Source of the DNA: a virus
Strand: one strand, 5' to 3'
DNA length: 64,000 nt
Virus record (IMG/VR): IMGVR_UViG_3300047557_001530
Coordinates: 32,001 to 96,000 of that record
Below, piece after piece: positions 40,961-50,529 of the stretch; positions within the stretch are counted from its first letter, which is position 1; every line of letters begins with the position of its first letter. Made by a program: the position numbers and the translations under genes. Under the pieces are notes generated by a model. The model ran no database searches. It saw only the letters and a list, made by a program, of their open reading frames with translations, and was not told the DNA's origin.

Positions 40961-42696
40961 TTATTTTTAAAAAATTGAAATGGAAAAATTTTCTTTCCAC
41001 AGGTAATAACTTTACAGAATTTAATTTGAATGGATCTAAAACTAATCTTATTGTAGGAACAAATGGTGCTGGCAAGAGCACTATTCTGGATGCCCTCACC
41101 TTCTCTTTGTTTGGTAAGCCATTCAGAAAAATCAACAAACCGATGCTTTTGAACAGCGTTAATGGTTCTGATCTTGTTACTGAGATTGAGTTTGAGTCTG
41201 GTAAAAATCAATTCAAAATCATTCGTGGAATCAAACCAGCAATTTTTGAAGTCTGGCAAAATGGAGTTCTGTTAGATCAATCATCATCTACAGCAGATTA
41301 CCAAAATTATCTTGAGAAAAATATTCTTAAGATGAATTACAAATCATTCACTCAGATTGTAGTGCTTGGTTCTTCTACGTTTGTTCCATTCATGAGATTG
41401 CCTTTGGCATCACGACGGGAAATCATTGAAGACATTCTTGATATTCAGATCTTCTCGGTGATGAATATTAACCTTAAAGAGAAACTTAAATTTGCTAACG
41501 ACGATATTAAAGATCGTGACTATCAAATAGATCTTCTTGAAGAAAAAGTTACGATGCAGAAGAACTTTATCGTTAACCTTGATCTTCAAAATCAAAACGA
41601 CATTCAAGAAAAGAACAATAAGATTGTTCACTTTACAGGTCTTGAGCAAGAAGTTAATGTCAAGCTAGAAAAACTTGATGAACAAAGAAATACTTTAAGC
41701 AAAGAAATTGAAAATTTTGCTACTGCCACAGGCAAACTTAGAAAGCTTGGTAATCTTCGTGGTAAGATTCAGCAGAAGTTTACCACTCACAAAAAAGAAC
41801 ATCAGTTCTTTACAGAGAATACCACTTGCCCAACCTGTACACAGCACATTAGCGAAGACCTTCGGGATGCTAAGGTGTCTGAAATTATGGAATCCATAAA
41901 AGAACTGAAACAGGGTATGGAAGAAATGGAGTTGGCAATTAAACTGGAAGAAGAGCGTGAATTTAAATACACTGAATTAAGTCAACAATTGACTAGTATT
42001 TTTAACGAAATTCAAATTCAACAGTTCCAAATTAGTTCATATCAATCACAGATTCAAGATCTTCAACGAGAAATTTCTGAACTACAGAACAATAACTCCA
42101 ATCGCAACGAAGAAGATTCTAAGCTCCAGGGTTTAGAAAAAGCATTACAGGAAGCTAAAGATCAGATGATCGCTGTTAAAGAAGAACGTGATTGCCTTTT
42201 GGCAGCCAGTCAACTTCTAAAAGATAACGGCATTAAAACTAGAATTATCAAACGTTATCTTCCTGTGATGAACAAACTCATCAATGAGTATCTTCAAAAC
42301 ATGGACTTCTATGTGAACTTTACATTGAATGAAAGTTTTGAAGAAACAATTAAATCACGTTATCGGGACTCGTTTTCTTATGAATCTTTTTCTGAGGGAG
42401 AAAAAGCTCGTATCGATATTGCTCTTCTGCTTACTTGGAGAGCTGTTGCTAAGCTTAAGAGTAGCGTGGATACTAACTTACTAATCCTTGACGAGATCTT
42501 TGACGGTTCGCTTGACCAGTCTGGAACCAGTGAGCTAGGATGGATCCTCAAAAACTTTGACGAGAATACAAATGTGTTTGTTATCTCTCACAAAGAAGGC
42601 ATGGAAGAAAAGTTTGATAAAACATGGAAGTGTGAAAAAATTAAGAACTTCAGCATCGTCCGAGAGACAGTTAATGAAGTGGCACAGGAGGGGTAA
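40957..42696 (+). CDS. gp46: Recombination ATPase subunit (Rad50/SbcC-like)
   Basis: GTNGAGKST, CPTC zinc hook, FSEGEK signature, LDEIFD. Confidence 0.96.
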   Translation: MIIFKKLKWKNFLSTGNNFTEFNLNGSKTNLIVGTNGAGKSTILDALTFSLFGKPFRKINKPMLLNSVNGSDLVTEIEFESGKNQFKIIRGIKPAIFEVWQNGVLLDQSSSTADYQNYLEKNILKMNYKSFTQIVVLGSSTFVPFMRLPLASRREIIEDILDIQIFSVMNINLKEKLKFANDDIKDRDYQIDLLEEKVTMQKNFIVNLDLQNQNDIQEKNNKIVHFTGLEQEVNVKLEKLDEQRNTLSKEIENFATATGKLRKLGNLRGKIQQKFTTHKKEHQFFTENTTCPTCTQHISEDLRDAKVSEIMESIKELKQGMEEMELAIKLEEEREFKYTELSQQLTSIFNEIQIQQFQISSYQSQIQDLQREISELQNNNSNRNEEDSKLQGLEKALQEAKDQMIAVKEERDCLLAASQLLKDNGIKTRIIKRYLPVMNKLINEYLQNMDFYVNFTLNESFEETIKSRYRDSFSYESFSEGEKARIDIALLLTWRAVAKLKSSVDTNLLILDEIFDGSLDQSGTSELGWILKNFDENTNVFVISHKEGMEEKFDKTWKCEKIKNFSIVRETVNEVAQEG

Positions 42697-42722
42697 CACC
42701 CTCCTTTTTTATGGGCTATACT
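42668..42722 (+). promoter_or_regulatory. Terminator hairpin overlapping a candidate early promoter (CAGTT...GTGGCAC...TATACT)
   Basis: aggaggg/ccctcct stem with a T run at 42686-42710; -10 box TATACT at 42717-42722; same layout repeated at 44931-44983. Confidence 0.6.
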
Positions 42723-42745
42723 GACTTCAGTTCAGAGAAATTCCA

Positions 42746-44929
42746 ATGCCCGTTGTTAACCACGAAGTCAAAGGTACTCTTGCCAAACTGCTGGCAACGG
42801 AGAACCTCATCATTGAGCACAAGAAGGTGCCTACAGCATGTTTTGATGTGCAACGCCGTGTCCTGACCCTGCCGATCTGGGACAGGGCTTCTGGGGTCGT
42901 ATACGACCTTCTGGTGGGGCATGAGGTTGGACATGCTCTCTACACCCCGAACGAAGATTGGCGAGAGATCGCTGACGTTCCCAAAGATTATGTGAACGTT
43001 GTAGAAGATGCTCGTATCGAAAAACTGATGAAGCGTAAGTTTCCTGGTCTCGCCCGTACTTTCTACAATGGTTATAGCGAACTGAATCGTGATGACTTCT
43101 TCAGTATTGCTGATGAAGATCTTAGTAAACTTACTCTCATTGACCGTATTAATCTTCACTTCAAGATTGGTGCCTATGCTCAGATGCCGTTCAACGAGTT
43201 TGAGCAGCAGTTTGTTGAGATGATTGAAGGTGCAGAAACCTTCCAGCAAGTGCTGACCATCTGTGAACTGATTCACAAATATGTGAAAGAGAAGCAGCAG
43301 GAAGAACTGTCGCTTTCTATTCAATCCAGTTCTGGTCAACAAGGCGGCGGAGATTCTGCTGGACAATCTGATCAACAAATGACCAGTGAAGGGCAAAGCA
43401 TGATCAATCCTGGTAGTGATGCTCAGCAGGAACAAGCTAGCGGTGGTGTCAGTGCTGAAGCACCAGAAGCTCCCATCGGCTCTGGTGGTGGCGGTCCCAA
43501 CGAAGAATTGAACGAAGAAGTTTCTAAAACCCAGCAAGCATTTGATCAGCAAGCAGAAAAGCTGACCAATCACTATGCCAGCGAAACTACTTACATCGAA
43601 CGTCCCCAACTAAAGATGGATGATGTGATTGCTGATTACAAAATCCTTAACGATTACATTAATGCCCACTTCAGTGAAGTTGCTAATGTTTCTCAGTATC
43701 GTGAAAATGCTTTTAAAGAGGTCGATGCTGATTATAAGAAGTATCGTACCGAAGCACAAAAGGAAGTGAACTATCTGGTTAAAGAGTTTGAGATGAAGAA
43801 GTCGGCAGATGCTTACCAGCGTATGTCTACTGCTCGTACTGGTACTCTCGACACCAGCAAACTTCACACCTATAAGTACAACGAAGATTTGTTCCGTAAG
43901 GTTTCTGTGATTCCTGATGGCAAGAATCATGGTCTGGTGTTCGTGCTGGACTGGTCTGGTTCGATGAATGATTATCTGCTTGATACGGTGAAACAACTGC
44001 TGAACCTTGTGTGGTTCTGTAAGAAAGTTCAGATTCCTTTTGAGGTGTATGCTTTTACCTACGAGTGGAGCAACTCTTATGTTGATTCCAACTACAGTGC
44101 TCCCAAGTCTTTGTACAAAAAGCAAGACGGCACTATTGAAGTTCATCGTCGCTTCCGTCTGCTGAACTTTCTGAGTTCTCGTGCCAACAACAAAGTGCTG
44201 GACAACTGTATTCAAAATCTGTGGCGTCTTGCTGCCCGTGAGGATTCCAATTACAATGGTGCTACTTATCATCACTATGGTGTTCCTGCTGGTCTTGATC
44301 TCAGTGGAACTCCTCTTAATGAATCCATCATTGCTCTTCATCAGATCATTCCTCAGTTCAAGACTCGCAACAAACTTCAGAAAGTTAACGTTGTCATTCT
44401 GACTGACGGTGAAGCAAATCATCTAAATTTTGATTTGAATATTCAACGCCCTAATGGTTCTTACAATTACATTGGACAAAACTACATCAGTGGTGGTAAT
44501 GCTCTTCGGGATCGTAAGATCGGTTATGTTTATCGTAACTTTGAAATGGATAACGTGAACAGCAACTTGACTGCTATTCTTCTGGAGAATCTGAAAGATA
44601 ACTTCCCCGAAGTGAATCTGATTGGATTCCGAATCTGCAGTGGCAATAGTTTCTCTTATCTTTATCGGTCTCTTTACAAATCCAATGGCGGTGGAGTTGA
44701 ACCCGATGAAGCCATGAAAGTATGGCGTAAAGAAAAGTCCTATGAAATTAATGGTGCTGGGTATGATGCCCTGTACATGATTTCTTCTCACGACTTGGCA
44801 GTTGACACTACTATGACAGTTGACGAAGAGGCTACTGCTGCTGACATCGGACGGGCATTCCGTACTATGCTCAAGAAGAAGACAACGAACAAGAAGCTCC
44901 TGTCTTCCTTCGCTACCCTGGTCGCTTGA
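42746..44929 (+). CDS. Metallopeptidase-motif / vWA (CobT-like) partner of the MoxR-type ATPase
   Basis: HEVGH (HExxH), NVVEDARIE, MIDAS motif VLDWSGSM, LTDGE; adjacent to the CobS-like ATPase. Confidence 0.8.
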   Translation: MPVVNHEVKGTLAKLLATENLIIEHKKVPTACFDVQRRVLTLPIWDRASGVVYDLLVGHEVGHALYTPNEDWREIADVPKDYVNVVEDARIEKLMKRKFPGLARTFYNGYSELNRDDFFSIADEDLSKLTLIDRINLHFKIGAYAQMPFNEFEQQFVEMIEGAETFQQVLTICELIHKYVKEKQQEELSLSIQSSSGQQGGGDSAGQSDQQMTSEGQSMINPGSDAQQEQASGGVSAEAPEAPIGSGGGGPNEELNEEVSKTQQAFDQQAEKLTNHYASETTYIERPQLKMDDVIADYKILNDYINAHFSEVANVSQYRENAFKEVDADYKKYRTEAQKEVNYLVKEFEMKKSADAYQRMSTARTGTLDTSKLHTYKYNEDLFRKVSVIPDGKNHGLVFVLDWSGSMNDYLLDTVKQLLNLVWFCKKVQIPFEVYAFTYEWSNSYVDSNYSAPKSLYKKQDGTIEVHRRFRLLNFLSSRANNKVLDNCIQNLWRLAAREDSNYNGATYHHYGVPAGLDLSGTPLNESIIALHQIIPQFKTRNKLQKVNVVILTDGEANHLNFDLNIQRPNGSYNYIGQNYISGGNALRDRKIGYVYRNFEMDNVNSNLTAILLENLKDNFPEVNLIGFRICSGNSFSYLYRSLYKSNGGGVEPDEAMKVWRKEKSYEINGAGYDALYMISSHDLAVDTTMTVDEEATAADIGRAFRTMLKKKTTNKKLLSSFATLVA

Positions 44930-44930
44930 C

Positions 44931-44983
44931 CAGTTCCCAATCTGTCCACTGGGGGTGGCAACGCCCCCAACCCCTGCTATAAT
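44931..44983 (+). promoter_or_regulatory. Candidate early promoter (CAGTT...TGTCCAC, GC hairpin, TATAAT)
   Basis: gggggt-ggca-acgccccc hairpin; TATAAT at 44978-44983; SD aaaggag before ATG 45013. Confidence 0.6.
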
Positions 44984-45012
44984 TAACACATCCACAAAGG
45001 AGATTACTCATC

Positions 45013-46146
45013 ATGGCTCGTAAAGCAAACATTGAACAAGAAGCCCTCATCGCTTATATTTCCACTCACTTTGGCGAAGACTTTGGTAGCAACGCTGTAA
45101 TTGCTGCTGCCGAAGAATTTGGTAGTTCGTATCCCACCATCGCCAAGCGTCTTGATCAATACAAGACTGGTCATGGTCGTTGGAACCTGACTGCCCAAGA
45201 TATTGAAAACACTTACAACGCTCCTGCTGCTGAACCTGCTGAGCAAGCAGTTGAGCATGTTGTGATCCACCGTGAAAATCTGATTCCTGATAAAGATGCT
45301 AACTTCGTCAGCTTTGGTAACTTCAGTGATGTTAAGAAAATCATTTCTTCTGGTATTTTCTATCCTGTGTTCATCACTGGTATGTCTGGCAATGGTAAAA
45401 CTTTCGGTGTGGAGCAAGCTTGTGCTCAACTGAAGCGTGAACTGATCCGTGTGAACATCACCATCGAGACTGATGAAGACGATCTGATCGGTGGTTTCCG
45501 TCTGATCAATGGAGAAACTGTGTGGCACAACGGTCCTGTTATCGAAGCTCTTGAGCGTGGTGCTGTTCTGCTGCTTGACGAGATCGACCTTGCTTCTAAC
45601 AAGATCCTGTGCCTTCAGTCGATTCTTGAAGGTAAGGGCGTGTTCCTGAAGAAGACTGGTCGTTATGTGAAGCCTGCCGCTGGGTTTACCATCGTTGCCA
45701 CTGCCAACACCAAAGGTAAGGGTTCTGATGACGGTCGTTTTATTGGCACCAATGTTCTGAACGAAGCGTTCCTTGAGCGATTCGCTCTCACCTTTGAACA
45801 GGATTATCCTGGTCCGAAAACTGAGCAAAAGATTCTTGAGAAACTTTCCAAGAAGCTTGGCTGTCTGGATGAAGAATTCTGTGAGAAGCTTGCTGCTTGG
45901 GCAGACATTATCCGTAAGACTTTCAAGGATGGTGGCGTTGATGAAGTGATCAGCACCCGTCGTTTGTCCCACATCATTCGTGCCTACAGCATCTTCGGCA
46001 AGCGTATGAAAGCGATTCAAGTTTGTGTGAATCGTTTCGATGACGAAACCAAGTCCAGCTTCCTGGAGCTGTATGACAAGATCGACGCTAGCGTTGGTGC
46101 CGATATCAATAACGATGCTCCAGTGGAAGAGAATGAAGAAGCCTGA
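45013..46146 (+). CDS. cobS: CobS/MoxR-like AAA+ ATPase
   Basis: GMSGNGKT, LLDEID, ATANTKGKGSDDGRFIGTNVLNEAFLERF, ISTRRL. Confidence 0.9.
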   Translation: MARKANIEQEALIAYISTHFGEDFGSNAVIAAAEEFGSSYPTIAKRLDQYKTGHGRWNLTAQDIENTYNAPAAEPAEQAVEHVVIHRENLIPDKDANFVSFGNFSDVKKIISSGIFYPVFITGMSGNGKTFGVEQACAQLKRELIRVNITIETDEDDLIGGFRLINGETVWHNGPVIEALERGAVLLLDEIDLASNKILCLQSILEGKGVFLKKTGRYVKPAAGFTIVATANTKGKGSDDGRFIGTNVLNEAFLERFALTFEQDYPGPKTEQKILEKLSKKLGCLDEEFCEKLAAWADIIRKTFKDGGVDEVISTRRLSHIIRAYSIFGKRMKAIQVCVNRFDDETKSSFLELYDKIDASVGADINNDAPVEENEEA

Positions 46147-46300
46147 GTTTCACGGTTACGTTGGTAACATTGCCGTCCTTCGGGACGGCAGTTCCGTCAA
46201 GATTCTTGGTGGACATAATTCAAAACTTTTCGTGAAGACACTTGACGGAACAATCAAAGAGTGCTATCATGAAGATCTACAGTATGTAACGGAGGAATGA
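46133..46300 (+). CDS. Small hypothetical protein
   Basis: 55-aa ORF from ATG 46133 (MKKPEFHGYVG...) filling the gap after cobS. Confidence 0.55.
   Translation: MKKPEFHGYVGNIAVLRDGSSVKILGGHNSKLFVKTLDGTIKECYHEDLQYVTEE
46242..46270 (+). promoter_or_regulatory. Sigma70-type promoter upstream of the clamp/clamp-loader genes
   Basis: TTGACG, 17 nt, TATCAT, preceded by a tgccgtcc-TTCG-ggacggca hairpin at 46171-46190. Confidence 0.6.
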
Positions 46301-46305
46301 TTTAA

Positions 46306-46614
46306 ATGCAATGGAAATACAACGAGGAAAAGATCCTCAAAGACATCGAAGAATATGTAGTCAGTACCTATAATGGTCACTACTGTGGTGATGAAGATGG
46401 TTATTGTGATATTCAAACCATTGATCTGATGGCAGCTAAAGGTCTCGCTGCCCCCTTTTGTCAAGCAAACATCCTTAAGTATGGCAGCCGATATGGCGAC
46501 AAGGATGGGCTTAACAAGCGAGACCTGCTTAAAGTTATTCATTACGCCATGCTGCTACTTCACTTTGATCGTCACTATTCTCGCACTGAAAATGGTCTCC
46601 AGGAGTTTAAATGA
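46306..46614 (+). CDS. DUF3310-like conserved phage protein
   Basis: FCQANILKYGSRYGDKDG...DLLKVIHYA. Confidence 0.75.
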   Translation: MQWKYNEEKILKDIEEYVVSTYNGHYCGDEDGYCDIQTIDLMAAKGLAAPFCQANILKYGSRYGDKDGLNKRDLLKVIHYAMLLLHFDRHYSRTENGLQEFK

Positions 46615-47279
46615 ATAAGGTAACGCTTTCTAATCAAACTAAAGAAGTTCTGAAGAACTATTCTACGATCAATGGTTCTATTCTGATTCGGGAAGGCTCC
46701 CAACTAAAGACAATCAATGTTGGGGAAAATCTTATTTCTCAATACGATTGCGAAGAAGTGTTCCCACAAACTTTCGCTATCTATGATCTGAACCAGTTTC
46801 TTGCTGGTCTTTCTTTGTTTCAGAACCCAGTTCTTGAATTTAACAATGCTGAGTATCTGACCATTCGTGGTGATGGGCGTAGTGCAAAATACTATTTCTC
46901 GGATCCAGAGATCACTCTTAAGACTGCTCCTGACCGTAAAGTAAATTTCCCTGGTGCTGATATTGAGTTTTCCATTAGTGGGGATCAACTTGAAGCACTT
47001 CGTAAAGCAGCGAATGTTTATGGCATTCCTGATCTTGTGTTCAAATCTTCTGCTGGTGGTACGGTATCACTGAATTTGTGTGATCGAGAAAATGAAACCA
47101 GCAATGTTTATTCTCAAGAAATTTTTGGGGACAATACAGGTGAATATGAGTTGACGATGAAGATGGAACATGTTAATCTTGTTCCTGGTAACTATGATGT
47201 AAAAATTTCTAGTAAGTTGATTACTGAATGGAAACATAGTCGCCTCCCCCTTGTATATTACATTGCACTTGAACCTTGA
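46611..47279 (+). CDS. gp45: Sliding clamp
   Basis: LKNYSTINGSI, FAIYDLNQFL, YYIALEP; precedes gp44. Confidence 0.95.
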   Translation: MNKVTLSNQTKEVLKNYSTINGSILIREGSQLKTINVGENLISQYDCEEVFPQTFAIYDLNQFLAGLSLFQNPVLEFNNAEYLTIRGDGRSAKYYFSDPEITLKTAPDRKVNFPGADIEFSISGDQLEALRKAANVYGIPDLVFKSSAGGTVSLNLCDRENETSNVYSQEIFGDNTGEYELTMKMEHVNLVPGNYDVKISSKLITEWKHSRLPLVYYIALEP

Positions 47280-48223
47280 TGAATAAGAAATTTTTGTGGG
47301 TGGAAGAGTATCGTCCTCATACTCTTGAGGATTGTATTCTTCCAGTGAATATTAAAAACTCTTTTAAGGGCTTTATCGAGCAGAAGGAAATTCCTAACCT
47401 TCTGCTTTGTGGTTCTGCTGGTGTTGGTAAGACTACTGTTGCTAAAGCAATCTGTGATGAGATTGGTGCTTCCTACATCGTGATCAATGGATCAGATGAG
47501 GGACGCTTCCTGGATACGGTACGAAACAAGGTCAGGCAATTCGCCACAACTGTCTCCTTGACCTCTGGGGCAGCCCACAAGGTCGTCATTATTGACGAGG
47601 CAGACAACACCACTAGTGACGTTCAGCTCTCGCTCAGGACCGCTGTGGAAGAGTTTCATGGTAACTGCCGCTTCATTTTTACTTGCAACTTCCCGAACAA
47701 AATCATTGACCCTCTGCACTCTCGTTGTACGGTAATTGATTTTAAGATTAAGAATGAAGAGGTTGACAAACTTCAAGCGAAGTTCTTTATTCGTCTCAAG
47801 AATATTCTTGATGAGAACAATATTAAATATGATGATAAAGTATTGATCAAATTGATCAGACGTTATTATCCAGATTGGAGGAGATTACTAAATGAAACAC
47901 AGAGACACAGTGCCAACGGATGCATTGATTCTTCTATTCTTATTGACATTGCCGACATTAATCTGGATGATTTGGTCAGGGCATTAAAGAATAAAGAATT
48001 TACTACGGTCAAAAAATGGGTTGTTGATAACATTGACAACGATCCTGCTATTGTCATGAGAAAGATTTACGATGCTCTTTATGATACTCTCAAGGGTCCT
48101 TCTATCCCAGAAGCAGTGCTAATCATCGCCAAGTACATGAGAGACATCAGTATTGTTGCTGATCAAGAGATTAATCTTCTTGCTTGCTTAACTGAAATTA
48201 TGGTGGGATGTGAATTCAAATGA
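47276..48223 (+). CDS. gp44: Clamp loader large subunit
   Basis: LWVEEYRP, GSAGVGKTT, IIDEAD, LHSRC. Confidence 0.96.
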   Translation: MMNKKFLWVEEYRPHTLEDCILPVNIKNSFKGFIEQKEIPNLLLCGSAGVGKTTVAKAICDEIGASYIVINGSDEGRFLDTVRNKVRQFATTVSLTSGAAHKVVIIDEADNTTSDVQLSLRTAVEEFHGNCRFIFTCNFPNKIIDPLHSRCTVIDFKIKNEEVDKLQAKFFIRLKNILDENNIKYDDKVLIKLIRRYYPDWRRLLNETQRHSANGCIDSSILIDIADINLDDLVRALKNKEFTTVKKWVVDNIDNDPAIVMRKIYDALYDTLKGPSIPEAVLIIAKYMRDISIVADQEINLLACLTEIMVGCEFK

Positions 48224-48612
48224 ACAATTTTCAATCAGAAAGTAAAAAATCTGGAGATGAATTTGAGTATTTTGTTGAACAAGATCTTCTTTGCCGTGGA
48301 GGTTTGATTGTTGGAAAAGATTATTGCGTAAAAGAAATTGGCATTGAGCTTGATTATATTGCTGATCTACCAACACGAACTGAATATGTTGAGGCTAAAG
48401 GTGGACATACTGGAGGTAAAAAACGACCAGGAGCACAACGTACTGACAATGTTAAAAAGGCGGTATGTAATGGTGCTTTGTTAAAGCATATTAATAAATC
48501 TGCATATTATGTAATCTATTTTTCTGCCCCACCAAAGCCAAATAGTTATTCCTATAATATGATTGAAACTGCTCTTGAAGCTGGTTATGTTGACGAGGTT
48601 CGTTACCTATGA
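48220..48612 (+). CDS. Putative PD-(D/E)XK restriction-endonuclease-fold nuclease
   Basis: SGDEFE...IELDYIAD...YVEAKGG matches the E...D...ExK catalytic pattern. Confidence 0.55.
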   Translation: MNNFQSESKKSGDEFEYFVEQDLLCRGGLIVGKDYCVKEIGIELDYIADLPTRTEYVEAKGGHTGGKKRPGAQRTDNVKKAVCNGALLKHINKSAYYVIYFSAPPKPNSYSYNMIETALEAGYVDEVRYL

Positions 48613-48869
48613 AAATAAAATCTACATCTATAAAAATAAAAACTACTCCCGAAAATGTTCGGGAAGCTAACGAAGGATTATTTCGTTCCACAATGAATTT
48701 GCCAAATGCGGCACAGCATTGTGGGATGACTCAGAAAGAAATGAAAATGACTTTTAGAGAATTTCTTAAATACAATTTGCCTGACTATGACACTACGGGA
48801 ACTGGCACTGTGCTGAACCACGGGGCTCAGTACCCGTTTATGATTGATGAAACCGAAGGAGGAATTTAA
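48609..48869 (+). CDS. Small hypothetical protein, possible HTH
   Basis: MNLPNAAQHCGMTQKEMK is HTH-like; translationally coupled to the upstream gene. Confidence 0.6.
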   Translation: MKIKSTSIKIKTTPENVREANEGLFRSTMNLPNAAQHCGMTQKEMKMTFREFLKYNLPDYDTTGTGTVLNHGAQYPFMIDETEGGI

Positions 48870-48871
48870 TT

Positions 48872-49009
48872 ATGCGTTGCCGTGTTCAACTCTATGTCGC
48901 TGGTAAAGTCTTCAACGAAGAAGTAGAAGCTCGTAATTACGAAGAAGCAAAAGAAACTGCTCTTGCTAGGAATCCAAACGCCAAAGTTATGGGTGTAACT
49001 GCAGTATGA
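48872..49009 (+). CDS. Small hypothetical protein; not in the ORF track
   Basis: 45 aa MRCRVQLYVAGKVFNEEVEARNYEEAKETALARNPNAKVMGVTAV; SD aggagg; stop overlaps the gp62 ATG. Confidence 0.7.
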   Translation: MRCRVQLYVAGKVFNEEVEARNYEEAKETALARNPNAKVMGVTAV

Positions 49010-49392
49010 AGTATGAGTTAAAAGATTATCTTAACGCAATTAATCAATCAAAAAAGAAACTTCTTGATGATGATCAAGAAGCGGTAAAAGGCTATCCATC
49101 TTTTATCATTAATAAATGCTTGTCTTCATTTACAGATACTGTTCTGTATGCTAACGAGATGAACAAGAATGCTCATCTAGACAAGAAACTTCAGTTTGAC
49201 TTCTATATAAATAGTTTGAAACCAAGGAAACGTTTTAGTCCCTGGGTTAAAAAACAAACACTTGAGAATCTTGAATTGGTGAAAGAGTATTATGGCTATA
49301 GTCATAACAAAGCTTTAGAAGCATTACAAATTCTCACAACTGATCAACTTGAAGCTATCAAAAAAGCATTGTATAAGGGTGGAACAAAATGA
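49006..49392 (+). CDS. gp62: Clamp loader small subunit
   Basis: YPSFIINKCLS, ANEMN, KPRKRFSPW, VKEYYGYS. Confidence 0.93.
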   Translation: MKYELKDYLNAINQSKKKLLDDDQEAVKGYPSFIINKCLSSFTDTVLYANEMNKNAHLDKKLQFDFYINSLKPRKRFSPWVKKQTLENLELVKEYYGYSHNKALEALQILTTDQLEAIKKALYKGGTK

Positions 49393-49808
49393 CAACTGAT
49401 ATTGAAATCCAGTGGCAGCAATCTGATATGGTAGAGGTTTCTCTGGCTGAGCCAGACGACTTTTTGAAAGTTCGTGAAACCCTTACGAGAATTGGTGTTG
49501 CTTCACGTAAAGAAAAAAAGATCTATCAATCTTGCCACATTCTTCATAAGCAAGGTAGATACTATATTGTTCACTTTAAAGAATTGTTTGCTCTCGATGG
49601 AAAGCATACCAATCTTTCATTGAATGATGTTCAGCGTAGAAATCGTATTATTCAATTACTTTCTGATTGGGGTCTCATTACTGTAGTAACGCCAGAAAAA
49701 ATTGAAGACGTTGCTCCGCTCAATCAAATTAAAGTACTCTCTTTTAAAGAGAAAGATGAGTGGACTTTGGAAAGTAAGTATAACATTGGTAGAAAGAAAC
49801 CAGAATGA
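49389..49808 (+). CDS. regA: Translational repressor
   Basis: DDFLKVRETLTRIGVAS, QSCHILHKQGRYYIVHFKELFALDG. Confidence 0.97.
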   Translation: MTTDIEIQWQQSDMVEVSLAEPDDFLKVRETLTRIGVASRKEKKIYQSCHILHKQGRYYIVHFKELFALDGKHTNLSLNDVQRRNRIIQLLSDWGLITVVTPEKIEDVAPLNQIKVLSFKEKDEWTLESKYNIGRKKPE

Positions 49809-49933
49809 GAACAGTCAAGGTTCAATTTCTAACCCCAGATAAACGTGTGGTTTGGATTTTGGTTCCTTGGGGTAAAGCTCATTTGGATTGGTATCGTCAT
49901 CGTGGATACACGATACTGATGACCGAACAATAA
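49805..49933 (+). CDS. Small hypothetical protein; not in the ORF track
   Basis: 42 aa MRTVKVQFLTPDKRVVWILVPWGKAHLDWYRHRGYTILMTEQ; ATGA overlap with regA; ends just before a terminator. Confidence 0.55.
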   Translation: MRTVKVQFLTPDKRVVWILVPWGKAHLDWYRHRGYTILMTEQ

Positions 49934-49962
49934 TGGTGGGGCAATCCGCCCTGCCATTTTTT
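49933..49962 (+). terminator. Rho-independent terminator
   Basis: atggtggggc-aatcc-gccctgccat followed by a T run. Confidence 0.75.
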
Positions 49963-50034
49963 ATGATCTGTGCTAAATTATATTGGATGCCTTCGGGGTC
50001 CTAAAACAAACTCGCTTATTTAAGGAGAACAAAA

Positions 50035-50529
50035 ATGAATACACAAGCAAAATATACTTGGGATATTTACTCCCCATTTTCTGTAGGATTGGATGATATT
50101 TTTAATCGTCTTGATACCATCAGTAATCACGGCACAAATTATCCTCCCTACAATTTAATCAAAAATGATTCAAGCAATTACGAAATTGAAATTGCTCTTG
50201 CAGGATTTAAAGCAGATGAGATCGAAGTCTCTACAGAACAAAACATTCTCAGAGTTGCCTCAAAAATTGAGAAACGAGATACTGAACGAACCTACCTCCA
50301 CAAAGGATTGTCCAAACGTTCTTTCAGTAATTCCTGGCAACTTGCAGATGATGTCAAAATAGCATCAGTTGATTTCGTTGATGGTCTGTTGACGATCTCT
50401 TTGGAAAAAATTATTCCAGAGGAAAAAAAGAAAACTGTCTACAACATTGGACGAACTGTAAGTGCCCCAAAGTTTTTAACAGAAGATCGAAATTCAAATT
50501 TCCCTGGAGAAAACACGATCAATAAATAA
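50035..50529 (+). CDS. hsp20: Small heat shock protein
   Basis: NYPPYN, IEIALAGF, YLHKGLSKRSF, FVDGLLTISLE (alpha-crystallin domain). Confidence 0.95.
   Translation: MNTQAKYTWDIYSPFSVGLDDIFNRLDTISNHGTNYPPYNLIKNDSSNYEIEIALAGFKADEIEVSTEQNILRVASKIEKRDTERTYLHKGLSKRSFSNSWQLADDVKIASVDFVDGLLTISLEKIIPEEKKKTVYNIGRTVSAPKFLTEDRNSNFPGENTINK

Noticed and set aside
42716-46020. Long minus-strand ORFs (297, 270, 190 and 338 aa)
   Set aside because: Antisense to well-conserved genes whose codon bias avoids TTA/CTA/TCA, which removes stops on the opposite strand; no recognisable motifs.
49050-49081. In-frame A_AAA_AAG in gp62 followed by a 9-bp hairpin (cttcttgat/atcaagaag)
   Set aside because: The spacer is only 3 nt, the stem is AU-rich and a shift would stop after three codons in an essential gene. 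Other in-frame A_AAA_AAG sites (gp55, regA, hsp20) lack good hairpins, showing the heptamer alone is common by chance.
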